A stretch of DNA of 64,000 nt from positions 459,361 to 523,360 of the forward strand of contig JBDRUV010000001.1 of NCBI GenBank assembly GCA_039801505.1, in the 5' to 3' direction. The translations under genes and the position numbers were made by a program. The notes under the pieces were generated by a model. It saw only the letters and a list, made by a program, of their open reading frames with translations, was not told the DNA's origin and made no database searches. Source of the DNA: a candidate division WOR-3 bacterium. Lineage in GTDB: Bacteria > Hydrothermota > Tepidihabitantia > Tepidihabitantales > CAIPLT01. Shown here one piece after another: positions 17,288 through 26,592 of this stretch; position 1 is the first letter of the stretch, and each line of letters opens with the position of its first letter.

Positions 17288-18514
17288 ATGATTGCATATC
17301 TTATCATAATTGGTGATGAAATTTTAAGCGGACGGACTCAAGATATCAATTCCGGTTACTTAGCTCGACGTCTAAATGATTTAGGCATAGCTGTGGGTGA
17401 AATTGTTACTACTGGCGATGACCGGCTCTTAATTGAAAAGGTTCTAAAAAGAGCCCTTGATGAAGCCAATTTAATCATTGTTACCGGCGGTTTAGGGCCG
17501 ACCCCTGATGATAAAACCCTGACCGCAGTGGCTAACGTCTTAAAAAAACGGTTGGTCTTTGATGAAGCGCTTTATAATAAAATTGAGAAATATTTTCAAC
17601 GACAAGGACAGGCGGCACCAGAGCTCGCTACCAAGCAGGCTTTAGTTATTCAAGGCTCCATTCTTTTAGATAACCCGGTTGGTCAAGCCCCGGGTTTTAT
17701 TATAAAAGCTGCAAGAAAACTTTTAATTCTTTTGCCCGGGGTGCCTGTGGAATTACAAAAAATTTTTGAAACTAGCGTTGTTCCTTATTTGCATGAGCAT
17801 TACGGACTGGAGCCAGCTCTAAGTTTGGTAGTGCGAACTACCAACATCTCCGAGATGATGATTGCTGAACGCATCGCGGAGTCAATTAAGCGTTATTCGC
17901 AGATTAAAGTTGCCTATTTGCCCTCGGTAATTGGGGTTGATCTCAAAATTACTAATATTCCCGATCGCAAGGTCTTTTCCTTGCTGGAGAAAGAACTCCA
18001 AGCTTTGCTTTCACCATATATTTATGGCTACGGCGAAGAAACAATCGAAGAAATTATTGGTAACCTATGTCGAAAAAAGCGTTTAACTCTTAGTGTGGCC
18101 GAGTCTTGTACCGGCGGGTTAATTTGCGATAAGATTACCAATGTAGCTGGTAGTTCGGAGTATTTTATTGGTGGCGCAGTAGTCTATTCTAATAAATTAA
18201 AACAGCAAATTTGTGAAGTAAAAACCGAGACCTTGCGCAAATATGGTGCAGTAAGCAAAGAAACAGTAGTTGCTATGGCTGAAGGTATTCGCAAACGCTT
18301 CAGTACCGATTTGGGAGTTGGGGTCACCGGAATTGCCGGCCCATCCGGTGCCACCAAAGAAAAACCGGTCGGATTAGTATTTGTTGGGGTTGCCACCAAG
18401 CAGGATGTCTACCATGAAAAACATCTATTTACCGGTAATCGCCGGATGATTAAGGAAAAGGCTGCGGTTGCGGCTCTTGATCTTTTACGACGCACAATCC
18501 AGAGTTTAAAATAG
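17288..18514 (+). CDS. cinA: CinA family protein (MoCF-binding domain plus nicotinamide-nucleotide amidase domain)
   Basis: IIIGDEILSGRTQD N-terminus and a C-terminal PncC-like domain (ESCTGG). Confidence 0.9.
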   Translation: MIAYLIIIGDEILSGRTQDINSGYLARRLNDLGIAVGEIVTTGDDRLLIEKVLKRALDEANLIIVTGGLGPTPDDKTLTAVANVLKKRLVFDEALYNKIEKYFQRQGQAAPELATKQALVIQGSILLDNPVGQAPGFIIKAARKLLILLPGVPVELQKIFETSVVPYLHEHYGLEPALSLVVRTTNISEMMIAERIAESIKRYSQIKVAYLPSVIGVDLKITNIPDRKVFSLLEKELQALLSPYIYGYGEETIEEIIGNLCRKKRLTLSVAESCTGGLICDKITNVAGSSEYFIGGAVVYSNKLKQQICEVKTETLRKYGAVSKETVVAMAEGIRKRFSTDLGVGVTGIAGPSGATKEKPVGLVFVGVATKQDVYHEKHLFTGNRRMIKEKAAVAALDLLRRTIQSLK

Positions 18515-18516
18515 TT

Positions 18517-19107
18517 ATGGCGAAGCTGCGTAGTTTTATTGCATTGCCGATTCCGGACCGTTTAAAGACCGAAATTGCCGTAATGATAGAAGAATTTACG
18601 CGCGAGTTTTCTAATGTTTCAGCACCATTGCCGATTAAATGGGTGAGTCGCGAGAATCTGCATATCACTTTGGTTTTTTTAGGTGAGATCTCAAGTGATT
18701 TTTTAAATAAAACTCAAGATATTCTTAAAGAACTTACCAAAACCGTCACGCCCTTTAAAGTGCAGCTTAGAGGCCTTGGGGCATTTCCCAATCCTCGTTC
18801 GGCTCGTGTAGTATGGATTGGTATTAAAGAAGGCGCTGAACAGATTAGTTATTTTCAAAATAAACTAGAAGAAGCTTTGATGACAATTGGATATAAGCCG
18901 GAGGAGCGAAAATTCCATCCCCACCTGACAATCGGTCGCATCAAAGTCCCACTAACCGGACCCAATAAGGAAAAATTCTTAAAAATATTAGAGACTAATT
19001 ATCAAAGTGAAGTCTTTCCGATAAATAACGTAATTTTATTTAAAAGCACTTTAACCCCGTCCGGACCAATTTATGAAATAATTAAAGAGTTTCCCTTAGG
19101 AGTTTAG
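18517..19107 (+). CDS. thpR: RNA 2',3'-cyclic phosphodiesterase (2H family)
   Basis: Two HxT motifs (HITLVFLG, HLTIGR). Confidence 0.9.
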   Translation: MAKLRSFIALPIPDRLKTEIAVMIEEFTREFSNVSAPLPIKWVSRENLHITLVFLGEISSDFLNKTQDILKELTKTVTPFKVQLRGLGAFPNPRSARVVWIGIKEGAEQISYFQNKLEEALMTIGYKPEERKFHPHLTIGRIKVPLTGPNKEKFLKILETNYQSEVFPINNVILFKSTLTPSGPIYEIIKEFPLGV

Positions 19108-19311
19108 TTTCTTAGTCAATCTATTTAAGTTCTCTAAAAGTAAATTGATCTTGTCATCAATTGAGGCATTTTTATTGATAATTAAATAATAACGGTCCTT
19201 TAGCCGGCAGAAGCCACCGATAGTTTTAAGGTTATCGTAGATAATTTTTACTGAAAGTTCTTTAAGCTCGGCTTCTAATTTTTTTAGTAAAGCCAATTTG
19301 TTCTCCTTCAT
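19096..19311 (-). CDS. hypothetical small protein
   Basis: 71 aa. Its start codon overlaps the stop of the upstream epimerase gene (ATGA-type coupling). No family recognised. Confidence 0.5.
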   Translation of the reverse strand: MKENKLALLKKLEAELKELSVKIIYDNLKTIGGFCRLKDRYYLIINKNASIDDKINLLLENLNRLTKKLNS

Positions 19312-20270
19312 AGCCAGTGCACCTTTCGATACCAGTTTAGGGTTTCTTGGAGCCCTCTAAAAAGTGAGTATTGGGGATGAAAATTTAGCTCCCTTTGCGC
19401 CTTGGCAATATTACAGACCCAGCAGGGTTCCTTAAGTTCTTTTACTTTGTCAGGACTAATGATTGAGGCCTCGCGACTGAGTTGATTTATTAAGATAGCA
19501 GTGAGTTCTAGTACTTTTTTAGGCACCCTAACCGGTATCGCCGTATAACCTAAAATCCGTTCCGCAGTTTTACTGATCTCGTCGATAGTATAGCAGTTGC
19601 CATCTGAGATATTATAAATAGCCGGTGATGGTAGTTCGGTATCCAAGGTGGCTAATACCGCGCAGGTAAGATCTTTGATATAGCATAAAGAAACTTCCCC
19701 GTCCCAATAGGGTCTTAAATGATACTTCAGAAACTTAAAATAGCTAAGCATCTCTTTATCCCGTGGTCCATAGATCGCACTGAGTCGTAAGATAACTACG
19801 GGGAATTTATCACTAGCCTGTAATACTAGCTCTTCACCTTTTCGTTTCGTTTCGCCGTACCAACTGACCGGTTGGGGTCGAATAGCCTCGGTAATTTGGC
19901 CATGCGGTTCAACACCACCTACTGCCGCGATTGAGGAGAAGTAAATAAACTTTTTAAGCTCAAGCTTATTGGTAGTAATTGCTGTAAGTAAATTCTCGGT
20001 GCTTATGACATTCACCCGATAGTAGTCTTCATATGTTTTCCCCTTAGTCGCGCCGGCAATATGCAAAATCACATCGACATCTTTTAGATACTCGCAAACC
20101 GTGGCTAGCTCTGTAATATTGCCATAGTAAAGCTCAATCGGTAAATCTTTAAGCCACTCAAGATTGGCACTCTTTCGGACAATTGCCTTGACCTTATAAC
20201 CCTTTTGTGTCAGGGCTTCCACCACATGACTACCAATAAAACCATTGGCCCCGGTAACAAAGATGCGCAT
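19308..20270 (-). CDS. NAD-dependent epimerase/dehydratase (extended SDR)
   Basis: GANGFIGSH Rossmann motif and YGETK catalytic motif. Confidence 0.85.
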   Translation of the reverse strand: MRIFVTGANGFIGSHVVEALTQKGYKVKAIVRKSANLEWLKDLPIELYYGNITELATVCEYLKDVDVILHIAGATKGKTYEDYYRVNVISTENLLTAITTNKLELKKFIYFSSIAAVGGVEPHGQITEAIRPQPVSWYGETKRKGEELVLQASDKFPVVILRLSAIYGPRDKEMLSYFKFLKYHLRPYWDGEVSLCYIKDLTCAVLATLDTELPSPAIYNISDGNCYTIDEISKTAERILGYTAIPVRVPKKVLELTAILINQLSREASIISPDKVKELKEPCWVCNIAKAQRELNFHPQYSLFRGLQETLNWYRKVHWL

Positions 20271-20470
20271 ACAGAATATTATTTACAATTTTCGTTAAAA
20301 ATCAAGCCTCATCAACAATGTCGTCAACCAATCACCCTATTACTTGAGGAGCCAAAATCTTAGTTATCAATGAGCGTTAAGCGCAATCGAATCTCGGTCT
20401 TGGATATTGAGCTTGTCCTGAAATTACTATCACTATTATTTTACTCGTTAGCTGTCAGACGACTTGGGGG

Positions 20471-20511
20471 ACCGTAGGGGGAACTATACCCTCCCCCTAA
20501 GGTATTTTTAG
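20471..20511 (+). terminator. orphan intrinsic-terminator-like hairpin (spacer-element copy C)
   Basis: ACCGTAGGGGGA (20471-20482), 9-nt loop, TCCCCCTAAGGT (20492-20503); 11 of 12 positions pair. It is followed by ATTTTTA. There is no annotated plus-strand gene upstream. Confidence 0.45.
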
Positions 20512-20670
20512 CCCCAGCCAAGAAATATCAAGGATTTATCTGAAAAATTGCTTTGATAAAAATATTAGTTATAACTAACTTTTTAGAGTTTAAGCACAAG
20601 AGATTCTCACTATCTTTAATAGCGATCCACGGGATTCAAGAGTAGTAATCATTCTTTACATATCAAGAAT

Positions 20671-20699
20671 AAAAAAGGAGACAGAGTTACTCTGTCTCC
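20671..20699 (-). terminator. rho-independent terminator of the lipoprotein gene
   Basis: On the minus strand: ggagacaga-gtaac-tctgtctcc followed by TTTTTT. It lies 24 nt after the stop codon. Confidence 0.8.
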
Positions 20700-20722
20700 T
20701 TCGGTTAATTGCTGGTTTTAGC

Positions 20723-21334
20723 TTATAGATTAGTCTGGATGAGATGCCACATTAATCGGAACGGATAGCCGAAAATATTCATCTTGGAATCGACCTTGAT
20801 TAAGCCCACACCATCCTTATACCAATAATAAGTGGTATCATCACCACCTGCCGGTACATATTGAATCTTCCAGCAGTTGCGGTAAGTACCAGCTGGCACT
20901 GTCAGGTCCTCTTTAGCAAGCACTTTATAAGTGCTATTATGCCAGGTCTTATTCACCTCTAACGGATAGACCAAAGCTGGAGTATTATCGAAAAATAGAG
21001 TATCACCTAACTGGTAAATTTGCGTAGAGTCAACCGTGGTTACTGTTGAGTCGGTATAATAGGGCGGCAGATAGTGGATAGTGTTGACATTGGCGCGCAT
21101 GTATACATCAATATTTCGAATAGTATCTCTAAATTTCCGCGCAATGGTATGCTCAAAGGTCATCGTGTACAGAGTATCTTGGACTGTGTCGCTAATCACC
21201 CGCGCCATATAGCCTTCATATTTCCATTGATTACCGACCTTTAAGGGATAATAGTCCTCACCGCCGAAAATACCACAGCCAACAATCACCAGGGCTACTG
21301 TCATCGGAATTAATAAAGACCAATAGCGCTTCAT
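20723..21334 (-). CDS. hypothetical lipoprotein
   Basis: Signal peptide with lipobox (LVIVGCG), strong SD (AAAGGAGGTG) and its own terminator. Confidence 0.75.
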   Translation of the reverse strand: MKRYWSLLIPMTVALVIVGCGIFGGEDYYPLKVGNQWKYEGYMARVISDTVQDTLYTMTFEHTIARKFRDTIRNIDVYMRANVNTIHYLPPYYTDSTVTTVDSTQIYQLGDTLFFDNTPALVYPLEVNKTWHNSTYKVLAKEDLTVPAGTYRNCWKIQYVPAGGDDTTYYWYKDGVGLIKVDSKMNIFGYPFRLMWHLIQTNL

Positions 21335-21397
21335 CTTTGTACACCTCCTTTCGTTATAAAGTTTTTAACAGCTTGATAATGCGACATAAATTGTAAA

Positions 21398-21425
21398 ATT
21401 ATACTTGTTTATATGTTCTTGTCAA
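21398..21425 (-). promoter_or_regulatory. sigma70-type promoter of the lipoprotein gene
   Basis: On the minus strand: TTGACA (21425-21420), 16-nt spacer, TATAAT (21403-21398). Confidence 0.6.
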
Positions 21426-21446
21426 GGGTTTTATTTATAATTATTA

Positions 21447-21475
21447 TTGACAGAGCCCCATCTTGCTTGTAAAAT
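21447..21475 (+). promoter_or_regulatory. sigma70-type promoter of tRNA-Leu/rpmB
   Basis: TTGACA at 21447-21452, 17-nt spacer, TAAAAT at 21470-21475. Confidence 0.6.
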
Positions 21476-21498
21476 CAAATAAGAAACTAATTTGTATT

Positions 21499-21582
21499 GC
21501 CGAGGTGGCGGAATTGGCAGACGCGCTAGGCTCAGGACTTAGTGCCCTTTTGGGCATAGGGGTTCGAATCCCCTCCTCGGCA
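21499..21582 (+). tRNA. tRNA-Leu (anticodon CAG)
   Basis: Class II tRNA. Acceptor GCCGAGG/CCTCGGC, anticodon loop CTCAGGA, long variable arm tgcccttttgggca, T arm AGGGG-TTCGAAT-CCCCT. No encoded CCA. Confidence 0.9.
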
Positions 21583-21612
21583 GTTAATATAACAAAGAAA
21601 GGAGTATAAGTT

Positions 21613-21801
21613 ATGGCCAAACATTGCGAGATTTGTGGTAAGACCGGGATGATTGGTTCTAATATTAGCCATGCTCACAATGTAACCAAACGACGCTGGG
21701 AGCCCAACCTACAACGAGTTAAAGCTAAAGTCGGGGGAGTGAGTAAGAAAATCTGGGTGTGTACACGCTGCCTGCGTTCTGGAAAAGTAGAAAAAGCTTA
21801 G
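21613..21801 (+). CDS. rpmB: 50S ribosomal protein L28
   Basis: MAKHCEICGK..GSNISHAHNVTKRRW..PNLQ is the typical L28 sequence. Confidence 0.95.
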   Translation: MAKHCEICGKTGMIGSNISHAHNVTKRRWEPNLQRVKAKVGGVSKKIWVCTRCLRSGKVEKA

Positions 21802-21837
21802 GCAAGGGTTAGTTTTGTAAATTAGAAGGAGGATAGC

Positions 21838-22500
21838 TTGCGAGTAATACTAAGTCTTTTATCTGTTTTAACATTTTTTGTTTATGCTCAAGATAGTCTT
21901 AATACGCTTACGGTGCGTGGCGAAGGAATTGTAGAACCAGAGCCCGATTTAGCCATCATCCAATTAGGTATTGCCCTACAAGATGCCAGTGCTCATAAGG
22001 TATATCAAAATACTGAGGAGCTGGTTAAAGAGATTACCAAGGCAGCTCTTGCCGCCGGGATTAAAAAAGATGACATTAAAACCGGATCCTTAAGTCTTTA
22101 TCCTCACTACGATTACAGTGATTATGTCCAAAAGATCCTTGGCTATCAGATGAATTGCAATTTAACTATCCGAGTGCGTGATCTTAAAAAACTGTCTAAT
22201 GTAATTGAGATGATAGCCCGAGCTAGTACCAATACTACATTTTCCATTTTCTATGGTTTTCAAGAACCTGAGAAGTTAGAAACTCAAGCCCGCACCAAGG
22301 CGTTTAAAGATGCCAGCCGCAAAGCCCAAGAACTGGCTAAGGCCGCAAATTTGAAATTGGGCCGAATTGTGAAGATTACCGAAGAGATAAAACCTGGAGG
22401 CGGTGGCGAGGGATGCGCTACCCCATACGGTATGGGGGATGGTCTAGGCCCCAATACAATAAAAGTTGTGGTAAATCTTACCTACGAAATAAAGGAGTAA
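21838..22500 (+). CDS. SIMPL (DUF541) domain periplasmic protein
   Basis: Signal peptide, and a TVRGEG..PD.A.. layout typical of SIMPL/BP26 proteins. TTG start with GGAGGA SD. Confidence 0.7.
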   Translation: MRVILSLLSVLTFFVYAQDSLNTLTVRGEGIVEPEPDLAIIQLGIALQDASAHKVYQNTEELVKEITKAALAAGIKKDDIKTGSLSLYPHYDYSDYVQKILGYQMNCNLTIRVRDLKKLSNVIEMIARASTNTTFSIFYGFQEPEKLETQARTKAFKDASRKAQELAKAANLKLGRIVKITEEIKPGGGGEGCATPYGMGDGLGPNTIKVVVNLTYEIKE

Positions 22501-22503
22501 GCT

Positions 22504-23460
22504 ATGAAAGTGTTAATTACCGGGATCACCGGATTTGCCGGAAGTCATTTAGCTGAGTATTTACTCGGCCTTAAAAATATTAAAGTGTATGGTATCTACC
22601 GCTGGCGCTCGCGCATGGAGAATCTCGAACATATTAAAGAAAAAATTAATCTATTAGAATGCGACCTGCGGGATTTTAGTGCCACTTATGAGGTAATTAA
22701 AAAAGTGAAACCAGATATGATCTTTCATCTAGCGGCCCAAAGTTTTGTGCCCATGTCCTGGGTGGCACCGAATGAAACCTTGGTCACGAATATTATAAGC
22801 GAAGTGAATATCTTTGAGGCGGTTCGGGCCTTAGGCTTAAAGGAATGCCGGATCCATATTGCTGGTTCTAGTGAAGAATATGGCATGGTTTATCCCAATG
22901 AAACGCCGATTAAAGAGACTAATCCCTTAAGGCCCTTAAGCCCATATGGGGTAAGTAAGGTAGCTCAGGATCTTTTAGGTTATCAATATTTTATGAGTTA
23001 TAAACTGCCGATTATCAGGACGCGCGCTTTTAACCATACCGGTCCCCGGCGCGGTGAAGTTTTTGTAACCTCGAACTTTGCCAAGCAGATTGTGGAGATT
23101 GAGAAGAAATACCGTAAGCCGGTGATTTATGTCGGTAATTTAGAAGCGGTACGAGACTTTACTGATGTGCGAGATGTGGTGCGGGGGTATTATATGATTC
23201 TTAAAGATGGTACACCTGGTGAGGTTTATAATATCTGTAGCGGTAAGGGTTATAAAATTAAAGAAGTTTTAGAATTACTGCTTTCTTTAGCAAAATGCGA
23301 TATCGAGATAAAACAGGATCCAAGCCGGTTACGGCCATCAGATGTGGAATTACTTTTAGGTGATAATAGCAAAATCCGAAAAGCTGTGGGCTGGAAACCT
23401 GAGATTCCCTTTCAAAAGACCCTAGCTGATTTATTAGATTACTGGCGATCCCGCATTTAG
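22504..23460 (+). CDS. NAD-dependent epimerase/dehydratase (GDP-mannose 4,6-dehydratase / GDP-6-deoxy-mannose reductase-like)
   Basis: ITGITGFAGSHL Rossmann motif and YGVSK catalytic motif. Confidence 0.8.
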   Translation: MKVLITGITGFAGSHLAEYLLGLKNIKVYGIYRWRSRMENLEHIKEKINLLECDLRDFSATYEVIKKVKPDMIFHLAAQSFVPMSWVAPNETLVTNIISEVNIFEAVRALGLKECRIHIAGSSEEYGMVYPNETPIKETNPLRPLSPYGVSKVAQDLLGYQYFMSYKLPIIRTRAFNHTGPRRGEVFVTSNFAKQIVEIEKKYRKPVIYVGNLEAVRDFTDVRDVVRGYYMILKDGTPGEVYNICSGKGYKIKEVLELLLSLAKCDIEIKQDPSRLRPSDVELLLGDNSKIRKAVGWKPEIPFQKTLADLLDYWRSRI

Positions 23461-23472
23461 CCCCCGGCAATA

Positions 23473-24408
23473 ATGAAAAGAGTTTTAATTACTGGTATTG
23501 AAGGGTTTGCCGGACTGCATTTATTTAACCATCTAAGTCAAAAGCAGAGATATAAAATTTACGGCTTACACTATCGAACCTGCGCGCTTAGTGGTCTCAC
23601 TTGTTTTCATGGTGATATCCGAGATTACTCGTTTGTTGTAGGGGTGATTAAAGAGGTTCAGCCGAATTTAATTTTTCATCTAGCTGCACAAAGTTCAGTG
23701 GCTTATGGCGAAAAAGAGCTTCAAGAGACTTATACGGTAAATGTTACAGGGACATTTAATATCTTAGAGGCGGTTCGGTGCCTAAAGCTTAAATCCCGAA
23801 TTATATATATTTCATCTTGTGAGGTATATGGTCCGCACAACCAAAAACTTAAAGAGACTACGTTGTTAAACCCGGTAAGTTTTTATGCGATAACCAAAAT
23901 CTGTGCCGAAAATCTTTGCCAGTATTATAGTAAAATTCAGAATTTAGATATTGTAATTCTACGGCCGTTTAGTCATACTGGACCAGGCCAGAGCGAACAA
24001 TTTATTTTCCCGCGGATTGCTAAAAAGATTGCCGAAATCGAAAAAGCTCGGGCTGAACCAATAATTGAAGTTGGTAATCTCAATCTGAAACGCGATTATA
24101 CCGATGTCAGGGATATGGTTCGGGCATATGAACTGGCTGCAAGGTTTTGTAAAACTGGTGAGATCTATAATGTTACCTCAGGCAAGAGTTATGAACTGAA
24201 AACCGGGGTCCAGTATCTATTAAGTCTTACTGATAAAAAAATCAAACTTCGTATTAACAAGGCGCTTTTCAGGAAAAATGACATTTTGACTCTAACCGGC
24301 AGTGCCCAGAAATTTATTAAACTGACTGGTTGGCAACCGCAGATTGATTTTTTTACCACACTTCGGGATCTATTAACATATTATCGAGAAAAGTTAACCG
24401 GAAACTAA
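23473..24408 (+). CDS. NAD-dependent epimerase/dehydratase, paralogue of the upstream gene
   Basis: ITGIEGFAGLHL and YAITK motifs. It shares blocks with 22504-23460 (FHLAAQS, GNL..RD.TDVRD.VR.Y). Confidence 0.8.
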   Translation: MKRVLITGIEGFAGLHLFNHLSQKQRYKIYGLHYRTCALSGLTCFHGDIRDYSFVVGVIKEVQPNLIFHLAAQSSVAYGEKELQETYTVNVTGTFNILEAVRCLKLKSRIIYISSCEVYGPHNQKLKETTLLNPVSFYAITKICAENLCQYYSKIQNLDIVILRPFSHTGPGQSEQFIFPRIAKKIAEIEKARAEPIIEVGNLNLKRDYTDVRDMVRAYELAARFCKTGEIYNVTSGKSYELKTGVQYLLSLTDKKIKLRINKALFRKNDILTLTGSAQKFIKLTGWQPQIDFFTTLRDLLTYYREKLTGN

Positions 24409-24410
24409 AT

Positions 24411-25586
24411 TTATAGAATACTTTCACAAATTTCTTTAAGTTTCTGGGCTAAATTCTTATAGCTATAGATATGGGTATTAATTGGTGAAAAAGTTTCGGC
24501 TTGACTGGTTAAATCTCTTACAGCTTTAAAAATCTCTCCTTTTTGAAATGGTATAGCCATACCGGCTGAGTGAGCTTTTAATAGATCTTCAACTTCTTTA
24601 GGATAGTTTCCCAGGGCCAGGATTGGTTTTTGTGCGCCAAGATACTCGTAGAATTTAAGACCAACGGCTTGGTTAGATTTAGAAATGTATAAAAGAAGAT
24701 TAGCACCTTTAAGAATTGAGATTGTCTCTTGGTGACTTAAAGTCCCTAAGTAAATAATATTTGGATATTCTCTAAGTTTAAACTCGATATCGCGCGGACA
24801 CGGGCCAAGCAGGATTAATTTTATATCGCTTAGTTCTTTAATAGCTTCAGCAACAAAAATTAACGCCTCTAATACCTCTACGATATTACCAGCATAAACA
24901 ATGCCTTTTTTAGCAAGCAACCTTGCCGATTGTGTAAATTCTTCGGGGTCATAGCCATTAGGTAGGATAACAGCATCTTGATAGTTAAGTTCTTCTTTAA
25001 CTGTTTTATTTACCACTAACACCTGATCGGAGACTGTAAAAATTAGATTGCGTAATTTTCTCAGCTTTTTTTCGCGCCACTTTGGCGGTAGTTTATAACC
25101 AGTAGGCCAAGGGTCACGAAAATCAGTAATTAGAGGTATTTTAAATTCCCTCTTTAGTTTCCAGCCAACAATTAGGGCGCTGAATGGGGGCGAGGTTGCT
25201 AAGATTACATCTGGGTTTTCCTGTTCGATAATTTTTTTACCAAGCCTCCAGGCGAAGGGAATCCAAAATCTTTTAGCATCCGGATAGAGAAAAAAATTCA
25301 AGTGAAGACTTAAAGAAGCATTCTTAGCTGTGGGGGGCGATACGGGGAATTTTACAAGGTATAAGATGCGTCCCAGGTCTAAAGTTTCGCTTCGATAAAC
25401 TTTAATACCCTGGATCTCGCATACGGCGTGGTAATCATAGTGATAATATGCGATCGGCTTAGTAGTAAGGATTATTGGCGTCAAATTAAGTTGGTTTAAA
25501 TATTTAGCTAACTTTGTTATTCGAATTACACCACTTACACCTACCGGCGGTGCGTAATAAGAAATCAGTAAGATTTTGCGGGTCAT
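24411..25586 (-). CDS. glycosyltransferase family 4-like
   Basis: GT-B fold layout and a C-terminal E..G....EY-like region. It converges on the SDR genes. Confidence 0.75.
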   Translation of the reverse strand: MTRKILLISYYAPPVGVSGVIRITKLAKYLNQLNLTPIILTTKPIAYYHYDYHAVCEIQGIKVYRSETLDLGRILYLVKFPVSPPTAKNASLSLHLNFFLYPDAKRFWIPFAWRLGKKIIEQENPDVILATSPPFSALIVGWKLKREFKIPLITDFRDPWPTGYKLPPKWREKKLRKLRNLIFTVSDQVLVVNKTVKEELNYQDAVILPNGYDPEEFTQSARLLAKKGIVYAGNIVEVLEALIFVAEAIKELSDIKLILLGPCPRDIEFKLREYPNIIYLGTLSHQETISILKGANLLLYISKSNQAVGLKFYEYLGAQKPILALGNYPKEVEDLLKAHSAGMAIPFQKGEIFKAVRDLTSQAETFSPINTHIYSYKNLAQKLKEICESIL

Positions 25587-25597
25587 TTTTAAGAATC

Positions 25598-25625
25598 ATA
25601 TTATCGCAAGCTATTAAATTGTCAA
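25598..25625 (-). promoter_or_regulatory. sigma70-type promoter of the glycosyltransferase gene
   Basis: On the minus strand: TTGACA (25625-25620), 16-nt spacer, TAATAT (25603-25598). 11 nt to the ATG, no SD. Confidence 0.5.
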
Positions 25626-25686
25626 TACTATTGACCGATGATAAGTTTATGATATAATAGGTATTAAAAGTTTAAGTAAAACCAAG

Positions 25687-26556
25687 ATGCCGGCAATTAT
25701 TGTGCATGGTGGGGCTGGAAAAATAAAAAATCCCGAAGAACACGAGATCGGCATTAAGAAAGCCTTAGAAATCGGCTGGGCGATACTTAAGGCCGGTGGC
25801 AAGGCATTAGATGCAGTAATTGAAAGCGTGCGGTATATGGAAGATTCTGGCAGTTTTAACTGCGGCCGAGGCGCGGTATTAACATTGGATGGCAAAATGG
25901 AGTTGGACGCATCGGTCATGACTGACGATGGTAAATTTGGCGCAGTTGGAGCCGTCCGGGGCATTAAAAATCCGATCCTGGTTGCACATCAAGTAATGTT
26001 AAAAACCGATCATCTGTTATTGGTTGGGGCTGGCGCACAAGCTTTTGCTTATAAAATGGGATTTAAAAAATACTATCGAATTACCAAGAAACAAAAAGAG
26101 CGCTGGCTAAAGTTTAGAAAGAAACCCAACTCATTATATTTCCCGAAGTTTAAAAATTTACTTAAGTTGGGCACAGTTGGTGCCGTAGCCTTGGATGTGC
26201 ATAATCAGATCGCCGTTAGTAACTCCACAGGTGGTATAATTGGTAAACTTGCCGGCCGAATAGGTGATACCCCAATTATCGGTGCTGGTATTTATGCCGA
26301 TTCGTGTGGTGGGGTATGTGCTACTGGTCATGGTGAAGGTATTATTCGACTGTTTTTGTCTAAGTATGTTGTTGACTTAATGCGAAAACTTCCAGCGCCA
26401 CGGGCAATACAAAAGGGAATTAGCTTGGCACAACAGCACGGGGTTCTGTGTGGCATTATCGGTATCGATAAACAAGGTAATATTGGCTATGGTTATACTA
26501 CCGAATCAATCTCCTGGGGCTTTATTAAAAATGGCGAGCTTAAAATGTTTCGATAG
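25687..26556 (+). CDS. iaaA: isoaspartyl peptidase / L-asparaginase (Ntn hydrolase, plant-type)
   Basis: HGGAG N-terminus and autoprocessing nucleophile motif GTVGAVALD. Confidence 0.9.
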   Translation: MPAIIVHGGAGKIKNPEEHEIGIKKALEIGWAILKAGGKALDAVIESVRYMEDSGSFNCGRGAVLTLDGKMELDASVMTDDGKFGAVGAVRGIKNPILVAHQVMLKTDHLLLVGAGAQAFAYKMGFKKYYRITKKQKERWLKFRKKPNSLYFPKFKNLLKLGTVGAVALDVHNQIAVSNSTGGIIGKLAGRIGDTPIIGAGIYADSCGGVCATGHGEGIIRLFLSKYVVDLMRKLPAPRAIQKGISLAQQHGVLCGIIGIDKQGNIGYGYTTESISWGFIKNGELKMFR

Positions 26557-26558
26557 TA

Positions 26559-26586
26559 TTGACATAATTGAATTTTAAGTTAAGAT
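26559..26586 (+). promoter_or_regulatory. sigma70-type promoter of metK-ahcY (leaderless geometry)
   Basis: TTGACA at 26559-26564, 16-nt spacer, TAAGAT at 26581-26586. 6 nt to the ATG at 26593, no SD. Confidence 0.6.
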
Positions 26587-26592
26587 ATAGGC

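Noticed and set aside
20271-20722. A housekeeping RNA (tmRNA, RNase P RNA, SRP RNA or 6S RNA) hidden in the long spacers. I also checked 1-503, 10281-10649 and 43113-43543.
   Set aside because: I saw no tRNA-like 3' end with a T-arm/ACCA, no GGAAAGTCC / ACAGAA RNase P signatures, and no SRP domain IV motif. 6S RNA cannot be excluded by eye, but nothing specifically supports it.
26557-26592. An expected SAM riboswitch upstream of metK.
   Set aside because: The 36-nt gap is fully taken up by TTGACA-N16-TAAGAT, so no leader exists.
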